NCBI GenBank assembly: GCA_049274945.1
Contig: JBASTP010000006.1
Span: 96,529-160,528 of the forward strand
Origin: Patescibacteria group bacterium
GTDB taxonomy: Bacteria; Patescibacteriota; UBA1384; GWA2-35-9; JBASTP01
DNA length: 64,000 nt
Direction of reading: 5' to 3'
This document shows, piece by piece, positions 1 to 8,817 of the stretch (positions are counted from its first letter, which is position 1; the number at the start of each line of letters is the position of its first letter). The translations under genes were made by a program, and so were the position numbers. Below the pieces are notes generated by a model. That model was not told the DNA's origin and did not search any database. It saw only the letters and a list, made by a program, of their open reading frames with translations.

Positions 1-138
1 CAAAAGCGGGCGCCAGCGTGGCGCCAAAGAATGCGAGGTACCAGATTAACCTCCGTATCGGAGTCAACTGCCCGCCTCCATCACGCCTTTTATTATAGCA
101 TAGTTGCGCTTAAAAATCAATATTGGTAGGATATAAGT

Positions 139-534
139 ATGACGAGCGCGCAAACCAAACAGGAACTCGCCCAAGCCGACTGGATGGACGAAACCGACAC
201 CGAAGGCCAGCTCGCGATCGACGCCTACCAAACCGAGGATGCCGTGGTCATTAAGGCGCCCCTGGCTGGGGTGCGGCCCGAGGAGCTCGAAATCTCAATC
301 ACCGACGAGGTGATCACCATCAAGGGCCAGCGCAGCCACGAAGAAACCGTCGCCCAAGAACACTACTACGCCCAGGAGTGCTATTGGGGCGGCTTTACCC
401 GTTCCTGGCTCGTGCCCGTGCCGATCGAACCCGATAAAGGCCAGGCCTCGCTCAAGAACGGGATTCTCACGATTGTCGTGCCCAAGCAAGCTAAATCGCG
501 CACTCGCGTTATCAAGGTTAAATCGGAGGAATAG
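139..534 (+). CDS. Hsp20/alpha-crystallin family small heat-shock protein
   Basis: 131-aa ORF. Alpha-crystallin-like core ending in the G-I-L-T-I-V-V-P-K motif characteristic of Hsp20 proteins. ATG at 139. Confidence 0.8.
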   Translation: MTSAQTKQELAQADWMDETDTEGQLAIDAYQTEDAVVIKAPLAGVRPEELEISITDEVITIKGQRSHEETVAQEHYYAQECYWGGFTRSWLVPVPIEPDKGQASLKNGILTIVVPKQAKSRTRVIKVKSEE

Positions 535-595
535 TCATGACCCATTCGACTGTGCTCAGGGTCATAGTGAGCGAGTCCGAAGGACGAATCGAACT

Positions 596-1465
596 ATGAA
601 GGCAGTTATTCCGGTAGCAGGCTACGGAACGCGCTTCCTGCCATTTACCAAAGTGATCCCCAAAGAAATGCTGCCGGTGGTCGACAAACCGGTGATTCAA
701 TATCTCGTTGAAGAGGTCGCCCAAGCCGGGATTGAAGAAATTATTTTGATTACCGGCTCAAACAAACGGGCGATCGAAGATCACTTTGATTCTTACTTCG
801 AACTCGAGAGTAAGCTCGAAGCCGCCGGCAAAACCAAGGCACTCGAAACCATTCGCTCGATCACCAAACTCGCGAAGTTTATTTTCATTCGCCAAAGCGA
901 GCCCTTGGGCCTGGGCCACGCCGTGCTGCAAGCCAAGCCGGTAATTGGCAACGAACCGTTTGTGGTGCTCTACGGCGACGATATTATTGAGCCGGAAGGC
1001 ACCAAGGGAGTAACTGCCCAGCTCCTTGAGGTATTCAAAAAGCACCCAACTACCATTCTCGGGGTAACCGAAGTAGCCAAAGACCAGGTATCCCAGTACG
1101 GGGTGATTGATGGCGAGGCTACCGCAGAGTTTGGCAACCGGCTCTACCGGGTGAAAGATTTTGTTGAGAAACCCGATCCCGAGCAAGCGCCCTCGAACTT
1201 AGCCATTTCCGGCAGAATCATTTTGACGCCAGAGATCTTTAGCATCCTGGAACAACAACCCCCCGGGGTCGGCGGCGAGATCCAGCTGACCGATGCGGTC
1301 CGCACCTTGATCAAACGGACGAACGGTTTTGCCCTTCACTACCAGGGCGCCTGGTATGACTGTGGCTCCAAAGCAAGCTACATTAAAGCAGTAATCCACT
1401 ACGCGCTGGGGCATCCGGAAGTGGGGGACGAGGTGAGAAAATATCTTAAGCATCTGAAACTCTAA
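596..1465 (+). CDS. galU: UTP--glucose-1-phosphate uridylyltransferase
   Basis: The ORF track starts at 473, but the conserved N-terminus MKAVIPVAGYGTRFLPFTKVIPKEMLPVVDKPVIQY (GalU nucleotide-binding loop) begins at the ATG at 596. Residues upstream of it are non-conserved. Nucleotidyltransferase fold throughout. Confidence 0.75.
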   Translation: MKAVIPVAGYGTRFLPFTKVIPKEMLPVVDKPVIQYLVEEVAQAGIEEIILITGSNKRAIEDHFDSYFELESKLEAAGKTKALETIRSITKLAKFIFIRQSEPLGLGHAVLQAKPVIGNEPFVVLYGDDIIEPEGTKGVTAQLLEVFKKHPTTILGVTEVAKDQVSQYGVIDGEATAEFGNRLYRVKDFVEKPDPEQAPSNLAISGRIILTPEIFSILEQQPPGVGGEIQLTDAVRTLIKRTNGFALHYQGAWYDCGSKASYIKAVIHYALGHPEVGDEVRKYLKHLKL

Positions 1466-1481
1466 ACGAAATAAGGAGGCT

Positions 1482-2945
1482 ATGAACCGGATTCTCATTA
1501 TCGCAATTGTTGGCTTTATCATTATTGCCGCAGTCGTGGCGGCGGTCTCGCTGCGCGGCGGCCGGAACAACAAAACAAAGCAGACGACCCAAACTCGGGA
1601 CGTAAACGAGCTCACCATCTGGCGGGCGGCTGATTCAGCCGAGAGTTTTAAGGACGCGATTGCCGCGTACACCCAAGACAAACAAGGCATCAAAATCAAT
1701 GTAGTTACCAAAACCCCGGCAGACTTTGAGAACGAAAGCCTTTCTGCCCTCTCGGCCGGTAAGGGGCCTGACATCTGGTCGATTCCGGCAAGCTGGCTTC
1801 CCAAACATGCCGACAAGCTCAAACCGGCGCCTGACAATCTGCTCAATCCCAACCCCGATGTCAAAGTTTCCAATAGCGACCTCGTCAAGCAGCTCTACGC
1901 CCCGATCGTTGCCGAAGAGGTGGTGGGCCAAGACGGCAAGGTCTACGGCCTGCCGCTTGCCCTCGACACCTTGGTGGTGTTTGCGAATACCGATTTGGTG
2001 CGGCAGCGGTTCGGCGAACTTTCTAAAAACGGCGAGCTCAAAAATCCTGATCTCTACACCCTGGGCCCCCGAACGTGGGATGAGCTGATCGAACTTTCCC
2101 AGGCATTGACGGTAAAGGATGGGGGAACAATCCGGCGGCCGGGTATTGCGCTGGGAACTGCTACCAACAACCCCCGCGCCGCCCAAATCTTGGCGGCAAT
2201 GATGCTCCAGAACCAAACTCAGATGGTCTCAGCCGACCGCGCTTCGGCGACGTTCCACTTGCCCGCACGCAAATCAACCGGCGAGCAGTTTTACCCGGGC
2301 ACCAATGCGCTGGAATTTTTCACCTCGTTTGCCGACGAAAAATCAAACCGCTACAGCTGGAATGCCACTCTGCCGGACGCCCGAGAACTGTTTATTAAAG
2401 GCGAGCTTCCCCTCCTCATTGAGTTTTCCCACTTCGGCGCGGTAATCAAGCAACGCTCGCCGGAGTTTGCGACTCGGATGTGGGCACTGCCCCAGGTGCG
2501 CGGTTCGGTAAAGCCGGTTGACTACGGCGAATACTTTGTTGAAACTGTTACCAAGGATGCCGCCAATGAGCAGTTGGCGTGGGACTTTATCCGGTTTATG
2601 GCCTTTCAGGGCGCTCGGCTCTACCAGCTTTCAAGTGGCCGGCCCCCGGCGCTCAAGGTAGAGGTGGTGCCGCAAAACATCCTGGAGCGGGCGACGTTCG
2701 GCAGCCCTAACCAGTTCCAGCAGCAGAGCGCAAAACCCTGGTACCGCGGCAAATCTCCCGAAAAAGTGGAAGCGGCTTTTGGGGAAATGATTGATGATGT
2801 GGCGGCCGGGCGGCTCGCCCCGCAGCCGGCAATTGAACGGGCGGCGGCGCAAGTCTCCGGGCTCCTGCGCAAGGATACCGGCATCTCGCCGGCGCCGATC
2901 ATTCAACCGCAACTCGTTCCGGGAGGCGCCAGTGGCGACCGGTGA
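1482..2945 (+). CDS. membrane-anchored extracellular solute-binding protein (ABC-transporter SBP-like)
   Basis: AAGGAGG RBS 7 nt upstream of the ATG. N-terminal TM anchor (ILIIAIVGFIIIAAVVAAV) followed by a ~450-aa extracytoplasmic domain with family-1 SBP-like composition. Family-level call only. Confidence 0.45.
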   Translation: MNRILIIAIVGFIIIAAVVAAVSLRGGRNNKTKQTTQTRDVNELTIWRAADSAESFKDAIAAYTQDKQGIKINVVTKTPADFENESLSALSAGKGPDIWSIPASWLPKHADKLKPAPDNLLNPNPDVKVSNSDLVKQLYAPIVAEEVVGQDGKVYGLPLALDTLVVFANTDLVRQRFGELSKNGELKNPDLYTLGPRTWDELIELSQALTVKDGGTIRRPGIALGTATNNPRAAQILAAMMLQNQTQMVSADRASATFHLPARKSTGEQFYPGTNALEFFTSFADEKSNRYSWNATLPDARELFIKGELPLLIEFSHFGAVIKQRSPEFATRMWALPQVRGSVKPVDYGEYFVETVTKDAANEQLAWDFIRFMAFQGARLYQLSSGRPPALKVEVVPQNILERATFGSPNQFQQQSAKPWYRGKSPEKVEAAFGEMIDDVAAGRLAPQPAIERAAAQVSGLLRKDTGISPAPIIQPQLVPGGASGDR

Positions 2946-2962
2946 TTTCGGCATTCCCCAAA

Positions 2963-3315
2963 TGCTCAATGCCCTCAACGAAGCCATTGACGCCGAGCAC
3001 GCGGCAAATATTGGCATCCTGTTTCGGGAACGGATCGCGCTCATTATTAATTTCATGCTCGCGCTCGTCGGCGCGATCGCGGTGGTGATGGGCATGGTGG
3101 CCGGATTTATGTACATGACCGCCTATGGCAATGAAGAACGAGCCGCGGCGGCCAAGCGAACCATCTTCTATGCCGCGATCGGCTTGGCAATGGTGTTTTC
3201 GGTTTGGACTATCCTGCAGCTCGTTACCAGATTTTTGGGAACCGCGGGGGAAAACATCCCAGATGTGGAGCGCCCGGGAACCGAAGCCCAGCATGGGCTG
3301 GAGGGGCAGCTGTGA
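2963..3315 (+). CDS. T4SS pilin-like two-TM protein (paralogue 1)
   Basis: The track ORF from 2791 overlaps the upstream gene, so I start at the ATG at 2963 (MLNALNE...). Two hydrophobic helices flank the motif Y-G-N-E-E-R-A-A-A-A-K-R, which is shared with six other ORFs in the window. Confidence 0.6.
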
Positions 3316-3674
3316 TTTTGTTTCAAATTATTGTCGGGCAGCCGGAGACTTTCACCTTCGTCGACTTGATCGCCACCGGCAACCGGATTATTGATTTGAT
3401 CTTGATCTTCTCGGTCGGCACGGCGGTGATCGCCATGCTCTGGGCCGCCTACATTTACATTTCTTCATTCGGCTCCGAGGAGCGCGCCAAGCAGGCCAAA
3501 AACATTTGGTATTTTACGCTGATCGGTTTGGCGGTGATGCTCTTGGCAAAAGTGATTATTGCCACTGGCCTGCGGGTAATCGAGCCCGGCCCCGAGCTGC
3601 GTAAAAACATCGATAACGTACTTAAAAGTAACGGGGGCTCCGCAAACCCCCCGCAGCTTGAGTTCAAAAAATAA
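3312..3674 (+). CDS. T4SS pilin-like two-TM protein (paralogue 2)
   Basis: GTG start at 3312 overlaps the upstream TGA (GTGA), so the 3204 start is rejected. Motif F-G-S-E-E-R-A-K-Q-A-K-N lies between two TM helices. Confidence 0.55.
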   Translation: MILFQIIVGQPETFTFVDLIATGNRIIDLILIFSVGTAVIAMLWAAYIYISSFGSEERAKQAKNIWYFTLIGLAVMLLAKVIIATGLRVIEPGPELRKNIDNVLKSNGGSANPPQLEFKK

Positions 3675-3676
3675 CC

Positions 3677-4270
3677 ATGGCCCACACTTCGCAGGAAACC
3701 CAAGGTATCGTTGACTCGCTCACCCGCTTGAGCAAACTCTTTCAAATTCGGGAAGCTCGGCCGCTCACCGACCCTATCCAGGCAGACTTCCTGGCAATTC
3801 TTTTGGCAGTGATCCGGCTAATGCTCGATCTTTCGATTTACCTCTTTATGACCGGGATCCTGGTGATGGGCGTGATTTTCCTCTTTTCAATGGGCAACGA
3901 GGAAACGCTCACGCGCGCCAAACGCACCTTAAACCAATCGCTCATCGGCCTGGCCATGACCTTTTCGAGTTTTGCCGTGCTCGAGTTTTTTATTAGCCGG
4001 CTCTCTGGCCCGCTCGCGTTTGCCCAAGGTGCCAATATTGCGATCGTTTTTGGGAGGGCTTATAATCTAGTGCTTATTGCCGCGGGTTCGGGCCTCGTGA
4101 TCATCTTACTCTATGCCGGGACACGGTACCTGTTTGCCGGCGGCAATGAAGAATCGCAAGAAGGCGCCAAAAAAATGATCAACGCGGCGCTGTACGGTAT
4201 AATTTTGACACTGGGCTCGTTCGCCATTTCACGGCTTTTGATGACCCGGTTTGGAGCGTTACCACAATGA
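3677..4270 (+). CDS. tandem-duplicated pilin-like protein (two pilin modules in one ORF)
   Basis: Two complete TM1 / GNEE / AK[KR] / TM2 modules in one 197-aa ORF: MGNEETLTRAKRTLNQSLIGLAM and AGGNEESQEGAKKMINAALYGIIL. Confidence 0.6.
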   Translation: MAHTSQETQGIVDSLTRLSKLFQIREARPLTDPIQADFLAILLAVIRLMLDLSIYLFMTGILVMGVIFLFSMGNEETLTRAKRTLNQSLIGLAMTFSSFAVLEFFISRLSGPLAFAQGANIAIVFGRAYNLVLIAAGSGLVIILLYAGTRYLFAGGNEESQEGAKKMINAALYGIILTLGSFAISRLLMTRFGALPQ

Positions 4271-4968
4271 GACAAAAATCAAATATCAAAATTCAAATAT
4301 CAAAATTGGTGGCTGGCATCTCATTAGCTACTGTGCTACTGACAACTGCGCTACCGGCTTTTGCCCAGACGCCGGTTTCCGGCGGCAAGGCGGTCAACGT
4401 AAATTTACGCCAAGTCGCCAGCCAGATCCCATCCAACTTTGTTGAGCTGCCCGGAATCATTGGCCGGATTTTTACCGTCACGATCACCGCGGCAGGAGGG
4501 CTCTTTGTCATCATGCTGCTTTTTGGCGGCATCAACTACCTCACCGGCGCGGGCAACGAAGAATCAACCAAAAAAGCCAAAGGCCGAATCATCGACGCGT
4601 CAATCGGTATTGTGATTACCCTTTCGGCCTTCGCGATCGGCACCTTCATTTTGAACCAATTCTACAAAGGTTCGAGGCCGCCCAGCCAACCGGCAACTAC
4701 TCAACAAACTGGCGCCGGCACGAGCCAAGCAATTAGTTTTAGCGTGCGAGTCCAGGATCAAACGGGTAACCCAGTGAATGGCGCGACGGTGAGCGTGAAC
4801 GGTAACCTCAAGGGCAGAACAAACAGCGGCAAAGTCTCATTCCAGGTTACCCAAGGCCCGGGCAGCTACACGGTGGCGGTGTCGTCTGCGGGCTGCGATT
4901 CCCACTCCGAGCAAATCCTGATGACCGACCAAGGCTTTGTTGAGATAACCTTGAATTGCGTGGATTGA
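4267..4968 (+). CDS. pilin-like protein with C-terminal Ig-like/carboxypeptidase-regulatory-like beta domain
   Basis: ATGA overlap with the upstream stop. Signal peptide ending AFAQTP, pilin module (GAGNEESTKKAKGRIIDASIGIV), then a C-terminal beta-rich segment (FSVRVQDQTGNPVNGATVSVNGN...SYTVAVSSAGC). Confidence 0.6.
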   Translation: MRQKSNIKIQISKLVAGISLATVLLTTALPAFAQTPVSGGKAVNVNLRQVASQIPSNFVELPGIIGRIFTVTITAAGGLFVIMLLFGGINYLTGAGNEESTKKAKGRIIDASIGIVITLSAFAIGTFILNQFYKGSRPPSQPATTQQTGAGTSQAISFSVRVQDQTGNPVNGATVSVNGNLKGRTNSGKVSFQVTQGPGSYTVAVSSAGCDSHSEQILMTDQGFVEITLNCVD

Positions 4969-5074
4969 TGCTTCGACCTTGCTCAGCATCAACTCTGAGC
5001 TTGTCGAACGAGTTGACATTACATTGGTCGACCCGTAGCATAGAAGTAACAAACATAGTAGAGGAGGTGACCCT

Positions 5075-5464
5075 ATGAACAAAAATCTCAGGGCTCTGGC
5101 ACGGATTGGCGCCGGCGCTACGGCAGCCATGAGCGTTGCCAAAGTAGCATTCGCCCAGTTTTTCGAACCGGAAACGCTCACCACCCCTGGTGGGGTAACC
5201 CAGAGCCGGTTTGGCTCGGTTAACCAAGCGGTCAACACCATTTTCAACACGGTGATTGCCGCGGCCGCCGCAATTTTCGTGATTCTGCTTTTAGTCGGCG
5301 GCGTCCAGTACCTTGGCGCAGCCGGGAACGAAGAATCAACCGCCAAAGCCAAGAAGCTGCTGATTGACGCGGTGATCGGACTCATTATCGTGCTGGCAGC
5401 CTGGGCCGTCGGTCGGTTTGTCCTTTCACGATTCTTCCAGCCAGGCGCTGGTGTTATTTTCTAA
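5075..5464 (+). CDS. T4SS pilin-like two-TM protein (paralogue 5)
   Basis: GGAGGTG RBS 8 nt upstream of the ATG. Signal peptide plus motif AAGNEESTAKAKKLLIDAVIGLIIV. A possible sigma70-like promoter (TTGACA at ~5018, TAGCAT 17 nt later) lies in the 106-bp upstream gap. Confidence 0.65.
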   Translation: MNKNLRALARIGAGATAAMSVAKVAFAQFFEPETLTTPGGVTQSRFGSVNQAVNTIFNTVIAAAAAIFVILLLVGGVQYLGAAGNEESTAKAKKLLIDAVIGLIIVLAAWAVGRFVLSRFFQPGAGVIF

Positions 5465-5466
5465 AC

Positions 5467-6207
5467 GTGCACGGTTATCTTGTTAAGCTCAGGGCTTGGA
5501 TTATCGGTTTTTTGATAGGGCTCAGCCTGCTTGGTTTACCGGTGGCGGCTGGGGCCCAAGGCGGGCTTGACCCGCGGGGCAACCCGCCGGAACAATTCCG
5601 TGACGTACTCCCCTTTCAAAGCGGCCCTGGCGCAACTCGAATTGAGAACCTGCCCGATCGCTTCCAGTCGCTCGCCCAAATTGTTGCCACGATTTTTAAT
5701 ATTGTCATCGGCATCTCCGGATCAATCTTTATGGTGCTGCTCTTAATCGGCGGCATCCAGTACATGACCGCGGCCGGCAACGAAGAGAACACCACCAAGG
5801 CCAAGAAACTGCTCGTTGACGCGGTGATTGGTTTGGTGCTAACCCTCTCGGCCTGGGCAATCGGCACCTTTATTCTGCGGCAGTTCTACTTGCCGACGAG
5901 TGGAATCATTAGACCAGGCGGCGGAGCGAGCAGTGGCGGCATTGGCGGCGGCGGGGGGGCTGGACCGGTGGCGGGTGGTGGCGGCCCGGGCACAGGAAGC
6001 ACTAACACCAATCAAATCAATGCTGCTTTTAATGCCGGTTTTGACGCCGGCCAACGATCATTCGCGGCGGCCAACAACGATCCAAATGCCGCCTGTGATA
6101 AGACTGGAAATCCGAATTATCGCCCTACTGCAGTTGCGAGCCAGCTACAGGCCGAATATGACAGCGGTTTTGAGACCGGATGCAGTAACTCTGGCACTCG
6201 AAGATAA
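5467..6207 (+). CDS. pilin-like protein with Gly-rich C-terminal extension
   Basis: GTG start 2 nt after the upstream stop. Signal peptide, motif AAGNEENTTKAKKLLVDAVIGLVL, then a poly-Gly linker (GGGASSGGIGGGGGAGPVAGGGGPG) and a short C-terminal domain. Confidence 0.6.
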   Translation: MHGYLVKLRAWIIGFLIGLSLLGLPVAAGAQGGLDPRGNPPEQFRDVLPFQSGPGATRIENLPDRFQSLAQIVATIFNIVIGISGSIFMVLLLIGGIQYMTAAGNEENTTKAKKLLVDAVIGLVLTLSAWAIGTFILRQFYLPTSGIIRPGGGASSGGIGGGGGAGPVAGGGGPGTGSTNTNQINAAFNAGFDAGQRSFAAANNDPNAACDKTGNPNYRPTAVASQLQAEYDSGFETGCSNSGTRR

Positions 6208-6245
6208 AAAAATAGGGGCAAGATTGCTCTTGCCCCCGGGTCGTT
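6205..6245. terminator. bidirectional intrinsic terminator between convergent genes
   Basis: 9-bp perfect stem GGGGCAAGA / TCTTGCCCC (6215-6236) with a 4-nt loop. A/T-rich runs on both sides (AAAAAATA upstream, CGTTTTGG downstream). Confidence 0.4.
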
Positions 6246-6257
6246 TTGGCTCGAAAG

Positions 6258-7688
6258 TTAGAAATGTGGCCCCCGATTGAGGGCCGGATCCCATCGACTG
6301 ATCCTACGATTGTCGTTGGGGATTTCTCCCCAGAGCCTGGTGCAGTTGACGCCAATTTTTTGGCCATTCACCTGCACGGTACTCACGACTCGTAGGGTCC
6401 CCACGTGGACCCCGTTTTCCATGACCATCAACTTTTCTCCCGGTGCGGCCGATTGGCCACCGTCGAGGAAAAAATGACAATCGATCGACGCGGGCAGTTC
6501 AACCCCGGAGGTTGCCAACCTCGTAGGTTGGGGCTCGGCCACCGAGGGAGCCAACCCGGCCCCGTGAGTCGCCATCAAGTCCGCGGCCCAGGCCTCAATC
6601 CCCTTTTCAACGAGCTTCTGGAGTACCAGGAGCTCGGGGCTTGAGTATCCTTGGGTCTGAATAGCAATCGGCTGCCAGCGGCCGTAGCGCGCCGACAACC
6701 CGGAGATGCGCTTGGCCGACTCGTCGGAGGGTTTGGACGACGCGGCGTAAACCGTGCCGTCTTGCCCAACGAGCGAACCAGCAAACGAAGCCCGGCCGGC
6801 AAACTGCCCACCAACCACCTGGATGTCGAACTCGCGGGTAAAAACGCTCCGGGCGCCCTGTGAAGGGGCAATGGCAATGTTCCCCGAAAGGTCGAGGTGG
6901 TAGCGGGCGTTCTCCGGACGCTCGGTCACCGTAACGAATTTAGACAGCTCCGTAATAACCAACTGACGGGTATGTTCGTACGAGGTGTACGAACTCCCTT
7001 CCAGGTTGATTCTGCGGAGGGCCACGGTAATGGGAAGGGGCTTACTATTGCCAGATTGACTGGTCGTAGTAGAGCCAGCCACCTTCCTGATCGCCTCGAT
7101 GCGCGCGTCGAACGATGGGTGGGTACGAACATTCAAAAAACACAATGAATGCCCATCGTCGGACCTAACGGGAGCGACATCTTTAAGCCGCCCAAACAGG
7201 TTTGCCATCGCGTCGGGCTGGTAGCCAGACCGGGCAAGAAGTTGCACGCTCCCCTCGTCGGCACGATATTCGTCGCGGAGCGAAAAGCGCTGCCAGCGCA
7301 TTGTCCCTGCAGCTCTTGCAGCTCCGACGGCTAAATCGCCCGAGGCGCCTGCAACCTTGGCGATGCCGTAGGTCAAAAGCGCGGTCAGCAGGAACTCCTT
7401 GCCCTGCCGAGCCGAATGGCGCTGGTCAACATGGGTGCGCTCATGGGCCAATACGGCCGCAAGTTCGTCCTCCGAACGAACAAAATCAATCATACCGGAG
7501 GTTAGCATGATTCTGCCGTCCGGATACGCGCCGGCATTGGGCTGGCGGTTATTGACGAGCGCGACCGAGTATCGGCCGCCGTTCAGACCGGTCCGCCTGA
7601 TGGCGGACTCAACCGCGCCCTGATCGAGAGCCCACGACGGAGCACAACAAACCAACAAAACACCGATCACGAACAATTTGTGTCGCAT
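6258..7688 (-). CDS. M48-family zinc metallopeptidase, secreted/membrane-anchored, with C-terminal extension
   Basis: H-E-R-T-H (HExxH) zinc motif in a peptidase-M48-like context. Start moved to the ATG at 7688 (MRHKLFVIGVLLV signal/anchor) with a GGAGGTG RBS. The track start at 7739 lacks an RBS. Confidence 0.6.
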   Translation of the reverse strand: MRHKLFVIGVLLVCCAPSWALDQGAVESAIRRTGLNGGRYSVALVNNRQPNAGAYPDGRIMLTSGMIDFVRSEDELAAVLAHERTHVDQRHSARQGKEFLLTALLTYGIAKVAGASGDLAVGAARAAGTMRWQRFSLRDEYRADEGSVQLLARSGYQPDAMANLFGRLKDVAPVRSDDGHSLCFLNVRTHPSFDARIEAIRKVAGSTTTSQSGNSKPLPITVALRRINLEGSSYTSYEHTRQLVITELSKFVTVTERPENARYHLDLSGNIAIAPSQGARSVFTREFDIQVVGGQFAGRASFAGSLVGQDGTVYAASSKPSDESAKRISGLSARYGRWQPIAIQTQGYSSPELLVLQKLVEKGIEAWAADLMATHGAGLAPSVAEPQPTRLATSGVELPASIDCHFFLDGGQSAAPGEKLMVMENGVHVGTLRVVSTVQVNGQKIGVNCTRLWGEIPNDNRRISRWDPALNRGPHF

Positions 7689-7781
7689 ATACGCGACACC
7701 TCCTTTGTTAAGATTTCGAGCGCCTGTAATATACCACAAATAGCCTTAAAAGTCAACGGCTCAATACCTGAGCCGTTAAAC

Positions 7782-8807
7782 CTAGGCAGCGAGTTCGATG
7801 ATCTGGGCTTGTTTTTTAATATTTTCCGGGATTAGGGTAACTTCAGGTGTGGTATAGATCGATTGGCCAATATTGCGAAACTCAACCAACCCTCGGTTGC
7901 CCAAATCGAGCTCAGAGAATAAATCGTCTGCCAAGAGCACCGGCTGTTTACCCGACACGTGGAAAATATACTCTATTTCGGCCACTTTCAGGAGGGTTAC
8001 CGCCCGGCGCCACTGGCCCCGCGAGCCGTACTTCTGGAGCGATTTGTCGGTAAGCAGTAGCTCAAAATCATCGCGATGCGGCCCCACGGTCGTTGCCCCA
8101 AACTGGATGTCGCGCAGGCGCGACGAGTGCAAGGCTTCGGCAGTAAGCGGGACAAACTTCGCCTCAAACCGCAGTTCCTGAGGCAGAATCTGGTTAAAAA
8201 ACGCCGCGAGCTCCTGCCGTTTACCCAAAATATATTGCCCGTGCTCAAGGAGTGGCGGGTCCCACGTTGCAAGATCTTCAGCGCTCGCCTGGCGGAGCTT
8301 AATCCAATTAAGGAGCTCTCCCCGCTGCCGCAACACTTGCTTGTACTGCGAAAGGGCAAATAGGTATTTTCGGTCGAGCTGCGAGAGTAAAAAATCAAGG
8401 AAATGGCGCCGTTTTTGCGGCACGCCGGCAATCAAGTTAAGCTCGTCGGCAGTAAAGAGCACGGTCTTAATGAACCCGATTGCCTCAGTCAACCGCTTGG
8501 CCGACCCATCAAGCTTAACCTGCTTGGTGAGCTTGCCGGTTTCATCTTTCCCCAGGTAGAGCGCTACGGTATGGTTGGTATCGTCTACCAGGGCACCTTC
8601 CACTCTAAAAAAGGCTTGTTCGAATTGAATCGCCTCTTGGTCGCTCCGGGCGCGGAAGCTCTTCATGAGCGAGAGCAACCGAATCGATTCGATCAGATTG
8701 GTTTTGCCTACGCCGTTGCGCCCTACCACCACTACCGTGTCGGCAAACTCAAATATACGATTGGAGAAATTGCGGAACTGGGTGAGTTTAAGGGAGGTTA
8801 GTTTCAT
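7782..8807 (-). CDS. recF: DNA replication and repair protein RecF
   Basis: N-terminal Walker A GRNGVGKTNLIESI. SMC-like ABC ATPase features. Positioned immediately downstream of dnaN, as in the canonical dnaA-dnaN-recF arrangement. Confidence 0.85.
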   Translation of the reverse strand: MKLTSLKLTQFRNFSNRIFEFADTVVVVGRNGVGKTNLIESIRLLSLMKSFRARSDQEAIQFEQAFFRVEGALVDDTNHTVALYLGKDETGKLTKQVKLDGSAKRLTEAIGFIKTVLFTADELNLIAGVPQKRRHFLDFLLSQLDRKYLFALSQYKQVLRQRGELLNWIKLRQASAEDLATWDPPLLEHGQYILGKRQELAAFFNQILPQELRFEAKFVPLTAEALHSSRLRDIQFGATTVGPHRDDFELLLTDKSLQKYGSRGQWRRAVTLLKVAEIEYIFHVSGKQPVLLADDLFSELDLGNRGLVEFRNIGQSIYTTPEVTLIPENIKKQAQIIELAA

Positions 8808-8817
8808 GCCGCGAGCA

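Noticed and set aside
473-595. Upstream extension of galU from 473
   Set aside because: Conserved GalU sequence begins exactly at the ATG at 596. The extension is Arg/Ser-rich and overlaps the Hsp20 3' end.
2791-2962. Upstream extension of pilin paralogue 1 and long form of paralogue 2 (3204)
   Set aside because: Extensions are Arg-rich, overlap the preceding genes, and precede the conserved TM1. Starts at 2963 (ATG) and 3312 (GTG, GTGA overlap) fit the operon's coupling pattern.
7740-7781. Hairpin AACGGCTCA-N5-TGAGCCGTT downstream of recF
   Set aside because: No adequate U-tract on either strand. Could be an attenuator or processing site but is not supportable as a terminator.
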